The notes: a model not told the origin generated them from the sequence alone. DNA of 64,000 nt from Acidobacteriota bacterium (GCA_024641545.1 JAHECW010000004.1:1960-65959), one strand, 5' to 3'; numbered from the stretch's first letter, positions 1 to 8,740 are shown. A program made the numbers and translations.

Positions 1-357
1 CTCCACACCTTCGATCTCAGTGATCCCGCACTGCCGGCCGAGACCAACGTGTTTTTCGAACCCAGGGAGATCGCGAGCCTCGGTGTTCGAGGATCGGTCC
101 TCTACGTTGGTTCCTACGTGGGCTTTCAGGGCGTCAGTGAACTCGAGGCGTGGAATGTCGGCGACCCATCGACTCCGGTGCTCATGGGGGAACGCCTTGG
201 GACCGGAGATGTGGTCGATCTCGCGCTCGGCGAGGAGTATGTCTTTACGGCACGGCTCATGACCGGGTTCGAGACCTTCTCCCTCTGCCAGGGCCCGCTC
301 TTCGCCGACGGTTTCGAGTCGGGCGACCCCTCGGCGTGGTCGGGGGCAGTGCCGTAG
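1..357 (+). CDS. LVIVD-type beta-propeller repeat protein, 3' fragment (5' end lies outside the window)
   Basis: Frame 1 is open from base 1 (LHTFDLSDPALP...). It carries the D-x-S/G-D-P-x-x-P blade motif. It ends with the same FE.FSLCQGPLFADGFESGDPSAWS tail as the next two genes. Stop TAG at 355-357. Confidence 0.75.
   Translation, partial: LHTFDLSDPALPAETNVFFEPREIASLGVRGSVLYVGSYVGFQGVSELEAWNVGDPSTPVLMGERLGTGDVVDLALGEEYVFTARLMTGFETFSLCQGPLFADGFESGDPSAWSGAVP
268..357 (+). repeat. conserved 90-nt 3'-terminal cassette, copy 1
   Basis: ttcgagaccttctccctctgccagggcccgctcttcgccgacggtttcgagtcgggcgacccctcggcgtggtcg... aligns by hand with copies at 2248-2337 and 4215-4304. Confidence 0.85.
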
Positions 358-387
358 GTGCAAATCCGTGATGAAGGGAGCTGCAGG

Positions 388-2337
388 TTGATCTCGAGGA
401 TTGCGGTGGCAGTCGTTGGGTTGGCTCTCTCGTTGGGCGCCACCTGCGTTGCGGCTCAAGACTGTCTCGAGCCGACGGGGCGCTGGCCGTATGGGGTCGC
501 GACCGATGTCGCCGTCGAGGGTTCCGTCGCGATCCTCGCCAACGGCGCTGCGGTCCAGATCCTCGACCTCGGCGACCCGACGGCGCCGGTGGTCCTCGGA
601 GAGGTCCGCACGTCCCTGATGGTGGACAAGGTCGCGATTGCGGGCGATCGCGTCTACGCTGCGACCCACGCCGGGCTCGAGATCATCGACATCAGCACAC
701 CCGAGTCACCGCTGGTCGTCGGTGAGCTCCAGCTTTGGAAACTCGTCGATGCCATCGAGGTGATCGGTGACCGGGTCTATCTCGCGGGCGGCGATCTCGA
801 CATCGTCGACGTGGGCACGCCGTCGGCCCCGGTCGTGATCGGGTCGTGGACCGAGCTTGCCACCGTCGATGTCGACCTCCTCGGATCGTACGCTGTCGTG
901 TCGGTGCCTCACGGTCTGCGGGTCCTCGATGTCTCGAGCCCCTCCTCGCCGGTCGTTGTGGGTCAATTGGATCTCGGTTCCGATCACTGGGTTCAGGTTC
1001 TCGACCTCACAGGCAACCACGCCATCGTCCTGGGATTCCAAGCAACCGTGCTCGAGGACGGACTCAGTTCCGATCAGTTCCTGTCCGTGGACCTCACCGA
1101 TCCGACGCAACCGGTGGTGGTATCCGTCGATCTTTGGGGTGGCGATGACATCGAGATTCGGGATGGACTCGCGCGCGTTGTGGACGCTCAAGGTCTGGAA
1201 ATCTACGATGTGAACGATCCGGCCAATCCGGTGCACCAGGGCGGTTTCGGGTACCCATCCCTCTACATCTCCTTCCGTTCCGGGGTCGCCGCCATGAGCG
1301 GGCATGCGCTCGTGACGCGCGAGGAACATGGGCTCGGGGTGATCTCCGTCTCCGATCCAAGCACCCCGATTCTCGTTGCCGAGCTCGACGCTCCCGGAGT
1401 GACCTTGGGCGCGGACCGGGCGGGCGACCTGGTGGTGATCGCCGCCGTCTATCGCGGCCTTCGATTCGTCGATGTGGGCGATCCTGCCCACCCGGTCGAG
1501 CTTGGTTTCTTCAACGTGGGGACCATGTTCCCGAACGATGTGGTGATCGAAACCGACCTCGCGTACGCAACGGGTCACGGCGGCACCGGTCTCGCGGTGA
1601 TCGACATCGGCAACCCGATCGCGCCGGTTGCGGTCGCTTCGCTCCTGGGAATGTGGGGTGGCGAGATCATCGACGTCGCCGGCGGCCTCGCCTACATCGT
1701 CTGCCTCGATCCCGGTCTGAGAATCATCGATATCTCGGCCCCTGCGGCGCCGATCCAGGTGGGAGCTCTCGATTCGCAGGGAGCGAGCTGGGATGAGATG
1801 GCGGTTTCCGCCGAGCTCGGCCTTGTCGCCCTGATCGATCAGGGAAACGACACCATCGCGACCATTGTCGATATCGAAAATCCGGCCGCCCCAACGGTCG
1901 TGTCGACGATCGATCTTGGACCAGGTTTGGGTGTCGCGTTTTCCGGCAGGTACCTGCTGTTTGGCGATATTCCGCTTCGGATCTTCGACATGAGTGACCC
2001 GGCGGCACCGGTCGAACAGAGTCCGTACGACCCGTGGGGTTCCCCGGCGTACATCGGTCCGGTGGGAGTGATCGGATCGGTCGCCTATGTCCAGGTCACG
2101 CCGGCGCCGCCGGAGTCCTTCCTGGTGGCCGTCAATATGGGAGATCCCCGGTCACCGACGAATCTCGGAAGCTCGCCGCTGGCCGGATATGGGAACCGGC
2201 TTTCCGTCAGTTCCAATGGGGTTCTCGTGACTTATGACCCGACCGGCTTCGAGAGCTTCTCCCTCTGCCACGACCCGATCTTCGCCGACGGCTTCGAGTC
2301 GGGCGACCCCTCGGCGTGGTCGAGCTCGGCGCCGTAG
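388..2337 (+). CDS. secreted LVIVD-type beta-propeller repeat protein (paralogue 2)
   Basis: ORF 358-2337. The likely start is TTG 388, 8 nt after GAAGGGAG; GTG 358 is the alternative. It has a signal-peptide-like N-terminus (ISRIAVAVVGLALSLGATCVAAQ) and about 13 repeats of (I/V)xD(V/I)(S/G)xPxxPxxxG. The C-terminus is FESFSLCHDPIFADGFESGDPSAWS. Confidence 0.8.
   Translation: MISRIAVAVVGLALSLGATCVAAQDCLEPTGRWPYGVATDVAVEGSVAILANGAAVQILDLGDPTAPVVLGEVRTSLMVDKVAIAGDRVYAATHAGLEIIDISTPESPLVVGELQLWKLVDAIEVIGDRVYLAGGDLDIVDVGTPSAPVVIGSWTELATVDVDLLGSYAVVSVPHGLRVLDVSSPSSPVVVGQLDLGSDHWVQVLDLTGNHAIVLGFQATVLEDGLSSDQFLSVDLTDPTQPVVVSVDLWGGDDIEIRDGLARVVDAQGLEIYDVNDPANPVHQGGFGYPSLYISFRSGVAAMSGHALVTREEHGLGVISVSDPSTPILVAELDAPGVTLGADRAGDLVVIAAVYRGLRFVDVGDPAHPVELGFFNVGTMFPNDVVIETDLAYATGHGGTGLAVIDIGNPIAPVAVASLLGMWGGEIIDVAGGLAYIVCLDPGLRIIDISAPAAPIQVGALDSQGASWDEMAVSAELGLVALIDQGNDTIATIVDIENPAAPTVVSTIDLGPGLGVAFSGRYLLFGDIPLRIFDMSDPAAPVEQSPYDPWGSPAYIGPVGVIGSVAYVQVTPAPPESFLVAVNMGDPRSPTNLGSSPLAGYGNRLSVSSNGVLVTYDPTGFESFSLCHDPIFADGFESGDPSAWSSSAP
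2248..2337 (+). repeat. conserved 90-nt 3'-terminal cassette, copy 2
   Basis: Hand alignment to copy 1 gives about 10 mismatches in 90 nt, only about 5 of them in the first 72 nt. Confidence 0.85.
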
Positions 2338-2363
2338 GTGAGTGAGTTGATGAGGGGGTGGCG

Positions 2364-4304
2364 ATGACGTCGACATTCGCCGCGGCAGCGGTCGGAATCG
2401 GACTTTCGTTGAGCGCCGTCACCGGCGCGGCTCAGGACTGCCTCGAGCCGGTGGGCCGTTGGCCGTACGGATGGTCCGAGGATGTGGCGGTTGACGGTAC
2501 CACCGCGGTCCTGGCAAACGGTCGAGCTCTCCAGATCCTCGACGTTTCGGATCCGGCGAACCCCGTGGTGGTCGGGGAAGCCGTTTTTCCGACCTTGGTC
2601 GAGGTCGCGGAGCTGGCGAATCAAAAGGCCTATGTCGGGACCTCGAGCGAGCTCGCGATCCTCGATCTCACCGACCCGGCGCATCCGGTGACCCTGGGGG
2701 GCCTTGATGGATTCCAGGTGGTCAAAATGGATCACCATGGAGAGCATCTCTACGCCCTGAGCGATCACTCGCTCTTCGCCGTGGATGTGAGTGTTCCCTC
2801 GGTTCCATCGATCGTCGGACAGCTCGAGTGGCCCGGAGTGTATCCGAAGGATCTGTCGGTTTCGGGAGGCACCGGGTTCGTGGTCGTGGACGGTTCCATG
2901 AAAGTGGTCGATCTTTCCGACCCTACCGCTCCGACCGAGGTGACCGAGCTGAGCTTCGGGGTCGATCGTGAGGCCGGCCGCCTCGCTGTCGAAGGCGACA
3001 AGGTGTACGTGGCGGCGAGGGGCCCGGATCCGTTTGTCTCGAATCTCGTGGTGGTGGATGTCAGCGACCCTTCCCAACCGACGGCGATCGCCGAAGTCGG
3101 CGCGCCGCTCGGGGTTGCCGACGTCGACGCCCACGGCAACCTGGTGGTGATGTCCTCCTCGTACGGTGTGGAAGTCTTCGACGTCAGCTCTCCGGCGAGT
3201 CCCTTGTGGACCGGCTCGGCACCCATCGAGTGCTTGTACTCGCTTGTCGGTGTCGTTGCGGCGGACGGTGTCGCCTACGTGACCTGCGAAGTCTCGGGGC
3301 TCAGCATCCTCGATACGACCGATCCGTCGTCCCCCACGGTCATCGCGTCGGTCACCGCCCCGGGCTCCGTCGAAGACGCGACCCTCGAGGATGGCCTCCT
3401 CTTGATCGCCGGTGACGACAGCGGCCTGCGCTTGCTCGACGTCAGCAACCCGGCGCAACCCGTGGAACTCGGTTCGACCGTCGCGCTGCCGCAGACCTTC
3501 GGGGTTGCGACTCTCGGAGAGATCGCCTATGTGGCCGGGTACCACCTCGTCGCCATCGATGTGGCAAATCCGACTGCGCCGGTGGTTCTCGGTAGCGAAA
3601 CCGGAGTGAACGGAAACTGGGTCACAGTCGAAGGGGACCGCGGCTATGTCGTCAGCACCTGGGGCAGAACCGCCGCGGTCGTCGATCTCTCATCACCTCC
3701 TCTCCCAACCGCCTTGGGAACGGCCGACCTCGGACCCGGATGGTGGGAGTGGCCGGTGGTCATCGGCGATCACTTGATCGTGAGAAACACTCAAAACGAC
3801 ACTTCCGTTGTGGTCATCGACGCCAGCGACCCGACGACACCCGTCCAGGTCGCCAGCATCGATGTCTGGTATTTTGGCGGGCTCGCGTCGATCGGTTTCT
3901 GGCTGCTGGTCCCCGACATCATCGACGGCGTCGAGCCGGCGATCCGGATCTTCGACATGCGCAACCCGGCGGTTCCGGTCGAGGTGGCGCCCTACCATCC
4001 GGTCGGCGGCGCTGTGGATGCCATCGGGGTCGCGGGGTCGGTGGCCTACCTGGCGGTCATGGACTATCCGCCGCAACAGGCGGGCGCCATTGAGGCGGTG
4101 AACTTCGCCGACCCGACGGCGCCGGTCTTCATGGGTCTCCTCCCGCGCTCCGGGTGGGTCAAGCGGTTCGCGTTCGGTGCTGATGAGATCTACGTTTTCG
4201 GCCGCGCGACCGGATTCGACGTCTTCTCCCTCTGCCAGGGCCCGATCTTCGCCGACGGTTTCGAGTCGGGTGACGCCTCGGCGTGGTCGGGCGCGCTACC
4301 CTAA
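2364..4304 (+). CDS. secreted LVIVD-type beta-propeller repeat protein (paralogue 3)
   Basis: ORF 2358-4304 with ATG 2364 preceded by GAGGGGG. Signal peptide MTSTFAAAAVGIGLSLSAVTGAAQ. Same AAQDCLEPxGRWPYG N-cassette, DVSDPxxP blades and FDVFSLCQGPIFADGFESGDASAWS tail as paralogue 2. Confidence 0.8.
   Translation: MTSTFAAAAVGIGLSLSAVTGAAQDCLEPVGRWPYGWSEDVAVDGTTAVLANGRALQILDVSDPANPVVVGEAVFPTLVEVAELANQKAYVGTSSELAILDLTDPAHPVTLGGLDGFQVVKMDHHGEHLYALSDHSLFAVDVSVPSVPSIVGQLEWPGVYPKDLSVSGGTGFVVVDGSMKVVDLSDPTAPTEVTELSFGVDREAGRLAVEGDKVYVAARGPDPFVSNLVVVDVSDPSQPTAIAEVGAPLGVADVDAHGNLVVMSSSYGVEVFDVSSPASPLWTGSAPIECLYSLVGVVAADGVAYVTCEVSGLSILDTTDPSSPTVIASVTAPGSVEDATLEDGLLLIAGDDSGLRLLDVSNPAQPVELGSTVALPQTFGVATLGEIAYVAGYHLVAIDVANPTAPVVLGSETGVNGNWVTVEGDRGYVVSTWGRTAAVVDLSSPPLPTALGTADLGPGWWEWPVVIGDHLIVRNTQNDTSVVVIDASDPTTPVQVASIDVWYFGGLASIGFWLLVPDIIDGVEPAIRIFDMRNPAVPVEVAPYHPVGGAVDAIGVAGSVAYLAVMDYPPQQAGAIEAVNFADPTAPVFMGLLPRSGWVKRFAFGADEIYVFGRATGFDVFSLCQGPIFADGFESGDASAWSGALP
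4215..4304 (+). repeat. conserved 90-nt 3'-terminal cassette, copy 3
   Basis: Hand alignment to copy 1 gives about 13 mismatches in 90 nt, concentrated in the last 5 codons. Confidence 0.85.
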
Positions 4305-4308
4305 GGGA

Positions 4309-5070
4309 GTGAAATCGAGATCCCTGGTCGCCGCGGTTGCCGTCATCGCTACGCTGGCGTCGGGCTGCGCCTCGCAGAGCGCTCTGCGGGCGACCGCACC
4401 GCCGCCGCAACCCGCCCGGGACGCGGCGCCGGCGCCCGAGCCGAGCCCAACACCGAAACCCGGCGAGAAACCCAAGAAGGAATCCAAGAAAGGCGCGACC
4501 GAAAAAGGTCTCGCATCGTGGTACGGCGAGCCCTACCACGGCCGCCGGACGGCGTCGGGCGAGATCTACGACATGCACGAGATGACCGCGGCGCACCGAA
4601 CGCTGGCCTTCGGCACGGTGGTCAAGGTCGAGCGCCGCGACACCGGCGCCGATGTCAGGGTCCGGGTCAACGACCGGGGACCCTTCGTTCGCGGCCGGAT
4701 CATCGACCTCAGCTACGCCGCAGCCAAGAAGATCGGCCTCGACCGGGACGGGGTCGCGCCGGTCAAGGTCGTGGTGGTGGGGAGCGAGAAGACGCCGAAA
4801 ACGAAGGCGAAGGAAGAAGCGCGGGCCGCCGAGCACCCCGAGGGTGGGGACTGTCTCTGGATCCAGGTCGGCGCCTTCGGCGATCTCGAAAATGCCCGCC
4901 GCGCCGAGCGCCGGCTCGAATCGGCCGGCGAGACCGCGGTGATCATCGAGGGCCCCGGCGGGCTCCACCGGGTCCGGCTCGGCCCCTTCGACAACGAGAA
5001 GGACGCCGTCAAGGCCCTCGAGCGCATCGGCAGGGACTGGCCCGAAGCCAAGGCCGTCCCCTGCGGGTAA
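4309..5070 (+). CDS. rlpA: septal ring lytic transglycosylase RlpA family lipoprotein with C-terminal SPOR domain
   Basis: GTG 4309 follows AAGGGA. Lipoprotein signal VKSRSLVAAVAVIATLASGC. DPBB core GLASWYGEPYHGRRTASGEIYDMHEMTAAHRTLAFGTVVKV...VNDRGPF. SPOR-like tail WIQVGAFGDLENARRAERRL...RVRLGPF. Confidence 0.9.
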   Translation: MKSRSLVAAVAVIATLASGCASQSALRATAPPPQPARDAAPAPEPSPTPKPGEKPKKESKKGATEKGLASWYGEPYHGRRTASGEIYDMHEMTAAHRTLAFGTVVKVERRDTGADVRVRVNDRGPFVRGRIIDLSYAAAKKIGLDRDGVAPVKVVVVGSEKTPKTKAKEEARAAEHPEGGDCLWIQVGAFGDLENARRAERRLESAGETAVIIEGPGGLHRVRLGPFDNEKDAVKALERIGRDWPEAKAVPCG

Positions 5071-5265
5071 TTCGTCGGACGAATTACAGCGGCGCTCGTC
5101 GGACTCGCGCCGGTCTGGATACGCGGACCGGGTGCCTGGCTCCAACTTTGTTCGCCGCGAACAAAGTTGCGTGCCTGGCATCCCTCCTATCCGAAAAGGG
5201 CATGAATGATCGCTGGCACCGCTCCTATCGCCTCGGCACGGGCTCATATGCGATACCATCCGGGT

Positions 5266-7140
5266 ATGCACTTGCCCACTCCGAGCCGCCTTGCCCTGGT
5301 CGCACTCGCCGGTCTGCTCTGTCTGGCTTCCTCGTGTCAGAGCGGGGCGCCCGGGGAGGGTGTTCAGGCCGAGCGGTTGATCCTTGTTTCCTACGACGGA
5401 GTCGGCGGCGATCTCGCCTGGCGCTGGATCGTCGACGGCGTCGCGGCCGAGCCCGACGGCCTCGCGGCCATGGCGCGGGAGGGGTTCTCGGTCCGCCGGT
5501 TGCGGATGGCCGACCCGACCCTGACCGCGGTCAACCACGCGGTGCTGGCCAGCGGCCGGATGCCGGCGGTCACCGGGGTGGTCTCCACCTCGTACCGGCC
5601 GCCGGGCGGCGCCCTCGGCGAGCGGGTCAACGGCTTCGACGCGGTGCCGGCGGTGCCGACCCTGTGGAGCGCAGCGCGCGCCCAGGGTCTGCGGGTGGGT
5701 TCGCTGCTCTGGCCCGCCGGCGCCGGCGCCGGTGAGACGAGCGGCGATGCGGCCGATTTCGGTCTCCATTGGCCGCTCAGGCCCGCGGCGCCGAGCGCGG
5801 TGCTCGTCCTCGACCCCGAGGCTGCCGGCACGACCGGCGAGCTGCCGTCGGCCGACGGCGTTTCGGTGCTCGCCTGGCCGCTGGTCTTCGATTTCGGCGA
5901 AGGCTCGGAACCGGCCTCGGCCGAAGCTCTCGTCGCCCTCATCGACGGCAACCCCGATGGAAAACCGCGCTGGGACACGGTGGGAATCCGCGCCCCGGGC
6001 TCGGACGACTGGGCGCTCTACGGCGAACGCGACTGGTTCGAGGTCGCCGTCGATCTCCGACTGCCCGACGTCCTCGGCGAGAACCGCTGGGGCGCGTGGT
6101 CGAAGATCGTCCACATCGACCCGCTGCGCGGCACCGTCCGGCTCTACCGCGGCGCCTCGTGGCGCACCATCGCCTGGCCCGAGGACTTCGAGAACCGGCT
6201 CACCGAGGCGATCGGGCCCTGGCCGGGGGCGCCCGACGACCGCTTCCTGGAGGACTGGTGGCTCGACGACGCCGCGGGGATCGACCTCGACGTCTACATC
6301 GAGCAGATCGAGCGCCTCGACCGCTGGATCGATGCTGCGGCCGCGTGGGTCGCGGCCAACGAGGACTTCCGGTTGCTCCTGACCTACCACCCCGGTCCCG
6401 ACGAGTACCAGCACACGAGCCTCATCGTCGAGGGAGACCAGTGGGCCTTCAGCCCGGGGCGGGCGCTGGCCGCGGCCGAGGGACTCAAGCGGGTCGGCCG
6501 TTCGGTGGACCGCTCGCTGGCGGCGTTGTGGGCGCTGCTCGACCCCGGGCGCGATGTCCTGGTGGCGGTCTCGGATCACGGCCAGCTGCCGATCCACGAC
6601 GAGGTGCGGCTCAACATCGCCCTGGCCGGCGCCGGCCTGGTCGAGATCGAGGCCGGCGACGGGCGCCCCTGGGTGACGCCGTCATCGCCCATGGTGGCGG
6701 TGTCGAGCGCCGCCGCGGCGCACATCTACCTCAACCTCAAGGGCCGCGATGTCGGCGGGGTGGTCGCGCGCTCCGAGGCCGGCGAGCTGCTCCTGCGCGC
6801 GGCCAAGGTCCTCGCCGATCTCTCACTCGACGGTCGACCGGTGGTGGAAAAGGTCTTCGCCCGGGACGAGCTCGCCGAAATCGGCCTCGACCACCCGGCG
6901 AGCGGCGATCTGGTGGTCTTCCTCGCGCCCGGGTTCACGGCCTCGAACCGGCTCTCCGGCGACGCCGTCACCGCGTCGCGATACTACGGCCAGCACGGGT
7001 TTCTCGCCCGCCACGACGCCATGTGCGGGATGCTCTTCGCACGAGGGGTCGGGATCAAGAAGCGCCGGGCCGACGAAATGCCGGCGACCGCGGTCGCGCC
7101 CCTCGTCGCCCAGTTCCTCGGGATCTCGATGGAAGAGTGA
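5266..7140 (+). CDS. alkaline phosphatase superfamily protein, nucleotide pyrophosphatase/phosphodiesterase (NPP)-like, probable lipoprotein
   Basis: ORF 5206-7140. A signal/lipobox-like segment (MHLPTPSRLALVALAGLLCLASSCQS) favours ATG 5266 (or 5248). NPP-type motifs: SYDGVGGD, DPTLTAVNHAVLASG (Thr nucleophile context), VSDHGQ, GQHGF. It sits directly upstream of the pst operon. Confidence 0.75.
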   Translation: MHLPTPSRLALVALAGLLCLASSCQSGAPGEGVQAERLILVSYDGVGGDLAWRWIVDGVAAEPDGLAAMAREGFSVRRLRMADPTLTAVNHAVLASGRMPAVTGVVSTSYRPPGGALGERVNGFDAVPAVPTLWSAARAQGLRVGSLLWPAGAGAGETSGDAADFGLHWPLRPAAPSAVLVLDPEAAGTTGELPSADGVSVLAWPLVFDFGEGSEPASAEALVALIDGNPDGKPRWDTVGIRAPGSDDWALYGERDWFEVAVDLRLPDVLGENRWGAWSKIVHIDPLRGTVRLYRGASWRTIAWPEDFENRLTEAIGPWPGAPDDRFLEDWWLDDAAGIDLDVYIEQIERLDRWIDAAAAWVAANEDFRLLLTYHPGPDEYQHTSLIVEGDQWAFSPGRALAAAEGLKRVGRSVDRSLAALWALLDPGRDVLVAVSDHGQLPIHDEVRLNIALAGAGLVEIEAGDGRPWVTPSSPMVAVSSAAAAHIYLNLKGRDVGGVVARSEAGELLLRAAKVLADLSLDGRPVVEKVFARDELAEIGLDHPASGDLVVFLAPGFTASNRLSGDAVTASRYYGQHGFLARHDAMCGMLFARGVGIKKRRADEMPATAVAPLVAQFLGISMEE

Positions 7141-7228
7141 GGGCCGATCCAAGGAAGGCTCAGAGCGGCGCGTGCGGCGGCGCCTGCCCGGCTCCCCGCC
7201 CGTCGCCCGACAGGGGGCCAACGGCCAG

Positions 7229-7268
7229 ATTTAACCTCAGCTTCACATCGGCTTCACCCCGAATACAC
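7229..7268 (+). promoter_or_regulatory. Pho-box-like array: four 7-nt direct repeats at 11-bp phasing
   Basis: ATTTAAC-ctca-GCTTCAC-atcg-GCTTCAC-cccg-AATACAC, about 70 nt upstream of the porin start. This is the direct-repeat architecture used by PhoB/PhoP-type OmpR-family regulators. phoB is encoded 8 kb downstream. Confidence 0.55.
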
Positions 7269-7340
7269 CCGCTCGCCGCATGATCCCCCCGACTCCTCCG
7301 TCAGAGGATCGGGGGAGATCCGTATCGCCGAGGAGATCCC

Positions 7341-8639
7341 ATGACCAACCGGTGGACCGCTCTCGTCACTGCGCTGGCTCTCTGCCTGGCTCTTCCGGTC
7401 TTCGGCCGGGCCGAAGAACCGCAACTCGATCCGTTGCTCGCACTGCTTGTCGAGCAGGGCGTCATCACCATGGAACAGGCACTCGCCGTGCAGACCGAGT
7501 ACGACCGAAAGGAGAACCCGGTGGCGGCCGACGGGGCGGCGCCCACCGTGACCGCCGACGCCGCCCCTGCTGCACCGGCGCCCGCCGAGACCAAGCCGGT
7601 CGAGACGATTCCCGCGGGCCTCAAGGGCTTGAGCATCGGTACCCTCGTGTACCTCTCCTACCAAAACGGCAACACCTCGTCGGGTGACGACTACAACCAG
7701 TTCCGGATCAAACGCGGTTACATCGACATCCGCAAGGAGATCACGCCGTACTTCGCGGCGAGGATCACTCCCGATGTGCACCAGGATGCGGACGGCGATC
7801 TCAACGTCCGTTTGAAATACGCCTACGGGCAGTTCAGCTGGGATTGGCGGGGCCTGGTCCAGAAACCGTACGTCGAGTGGGGCGTCGCTCACATGCCGTG
7901 GCTCGACTTCGAAGAGCACATCAACCTCTTCCGCATGCAGGACACCATGTTCATGGAGCGCAACGGGCTCTTCAACTCGGCCGACATGGGGGTGCTCTTC
8001 GGCGCCAACCTCGGCCGCGACATGCCCGACGATTTCAAGAAGAACGTGCAGAGCCACTACGCGGGCCGTTGGGGCTCCTTCGGCGTCGGGGTCTACAACG
8101 GCGGCGGGTACCACGCGGTCGAGAAGAACACCAACAAGGCGATCGAGGGGCGCCTCACCGTCCGTCCCCTGCCTGATATCGTGCCCGGGCTGCAGGTCTC
8201 CGCCTTCGGCATCAAGGCCGACGGCAATCGGGCGGACACGCCCGCCGAGTCGGTACCGAACATGCAGGTCCTCGCGGCGATGGTCAGCTACGAGAGCCGG
8301 CGCCTCGTCGTCACCGCCCAGGTCGAGCGCGGCGAGGGCAACCAGAGCGGCAGCGCGGTCGACGCCGACGGCAACGCGCTGCCCCACGAAGGCTACTCGG
8401 TGTTCACCGAGGTCCGTCTCGACCGCAAGAAGCGGTTCAGCGTCCTCGGCCGCTACGACTGGTTCGACACCAACCGCGACGACCCCGCCAGCGATGTCAC
8501 GAAGCGCTTCATCGCCGGGGTCGCGTGGCAGTTCTTCAAGGGCAACTACTGGGTGCTCGACTATGATCGTCTCGAGCACTCCCTGCCCGGGCTCGAGACC
8601 GAAGACCGTGTCCAGCTGACCCTGCAGATCAAGTACTGA
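7341..8639 (+). CDS. phosphate-selective porin O/P (OprP-like) outer-membrane protein
   Basis: ATG 7341 follows AGGAGA. Signal peptide MTNRWTALVTALALCLALPVFGRA. Beta-barrel-like alternating sequence ending in an aromatic residue (LQIKY). Lies immediately upstream of pstS. The family call rests on context plus general similarity. Confidence 0.65.
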   Translation: MTNRWTALVTALALCLALPVFGRAEEPQLDPLLALLVEQGVITMEQALAVQTEYDRKENPVAADGAAPTVTADAAPAAPAPAETKPVETIPAGLKGLSIGTLVYLSYQNGNTSSGDDYNQFRIKRGYIDIRKEITPYFAARITPDVHQDADGDLNVRLKYAYGQFSWDWRGLVQKPYVEWGVAHMPWLDFEEHINLFRMQDTMFMERNGLFNSADMGVLFGANLGRDMPDDFKKNVQSHYAGRWGSFGVGVYNGGGYHAVEKNTNKAIEGRLTVRPLPDIVPGLQVSAFGIKADGNRADTPAESVPNMQVLAAMVSYESRRLVVTAQVERGEGNQSGSAVDADGNALPHEGYSVFTEVRLDRKKRFSVLGRYDWFDTNRDDPASDVTKRFIAGVAWQFFKGNYWVLDYDRLEHSLPGLETEDRVQLTLQIKY

Positions 8640-8654
8640 CGGGTCCGGTGATGA

Positions 8655-8672
8655 ACTTCACGCCCGCTCGAC
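8655..8672 (+). promoter_or_regulatory. possible second Pho box (two repeats)
   Basis: ACTTCAC-gccc-GCTCGAC with the same 7+4 phasing and a TTCAC-like core, about 70 nt upstream of pstS ATG 8741. Confidence 0.3.
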
Positions 8673-8740
8673 ACGCCGCAAGGATGAGGTCCGGTCGAAC
8701 CGGATCACCAACGTCTCCGGGGCCGAACAGGAGGTTCGCC

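Noticed and set aside
5175-5229. Sigma-54 promoter-like TGGCA(T/C) elements
   Set aside because: In both copies the position expected for the -12 GC (11 nt after the GG) reads AT, so the essential -12 element is missing. They are reported only as a direct repeat.
4159-6597. 812-aa minus-strand ORF
   Set aside because: It is antisense to rlpA and the phosphodiesterase gene. It is extremely Arg/Gly/Pro/Asp-rich with no recognisable motifs, which is a typical high-GC antisense artefact. The plus-strand genes have clear family signatures.
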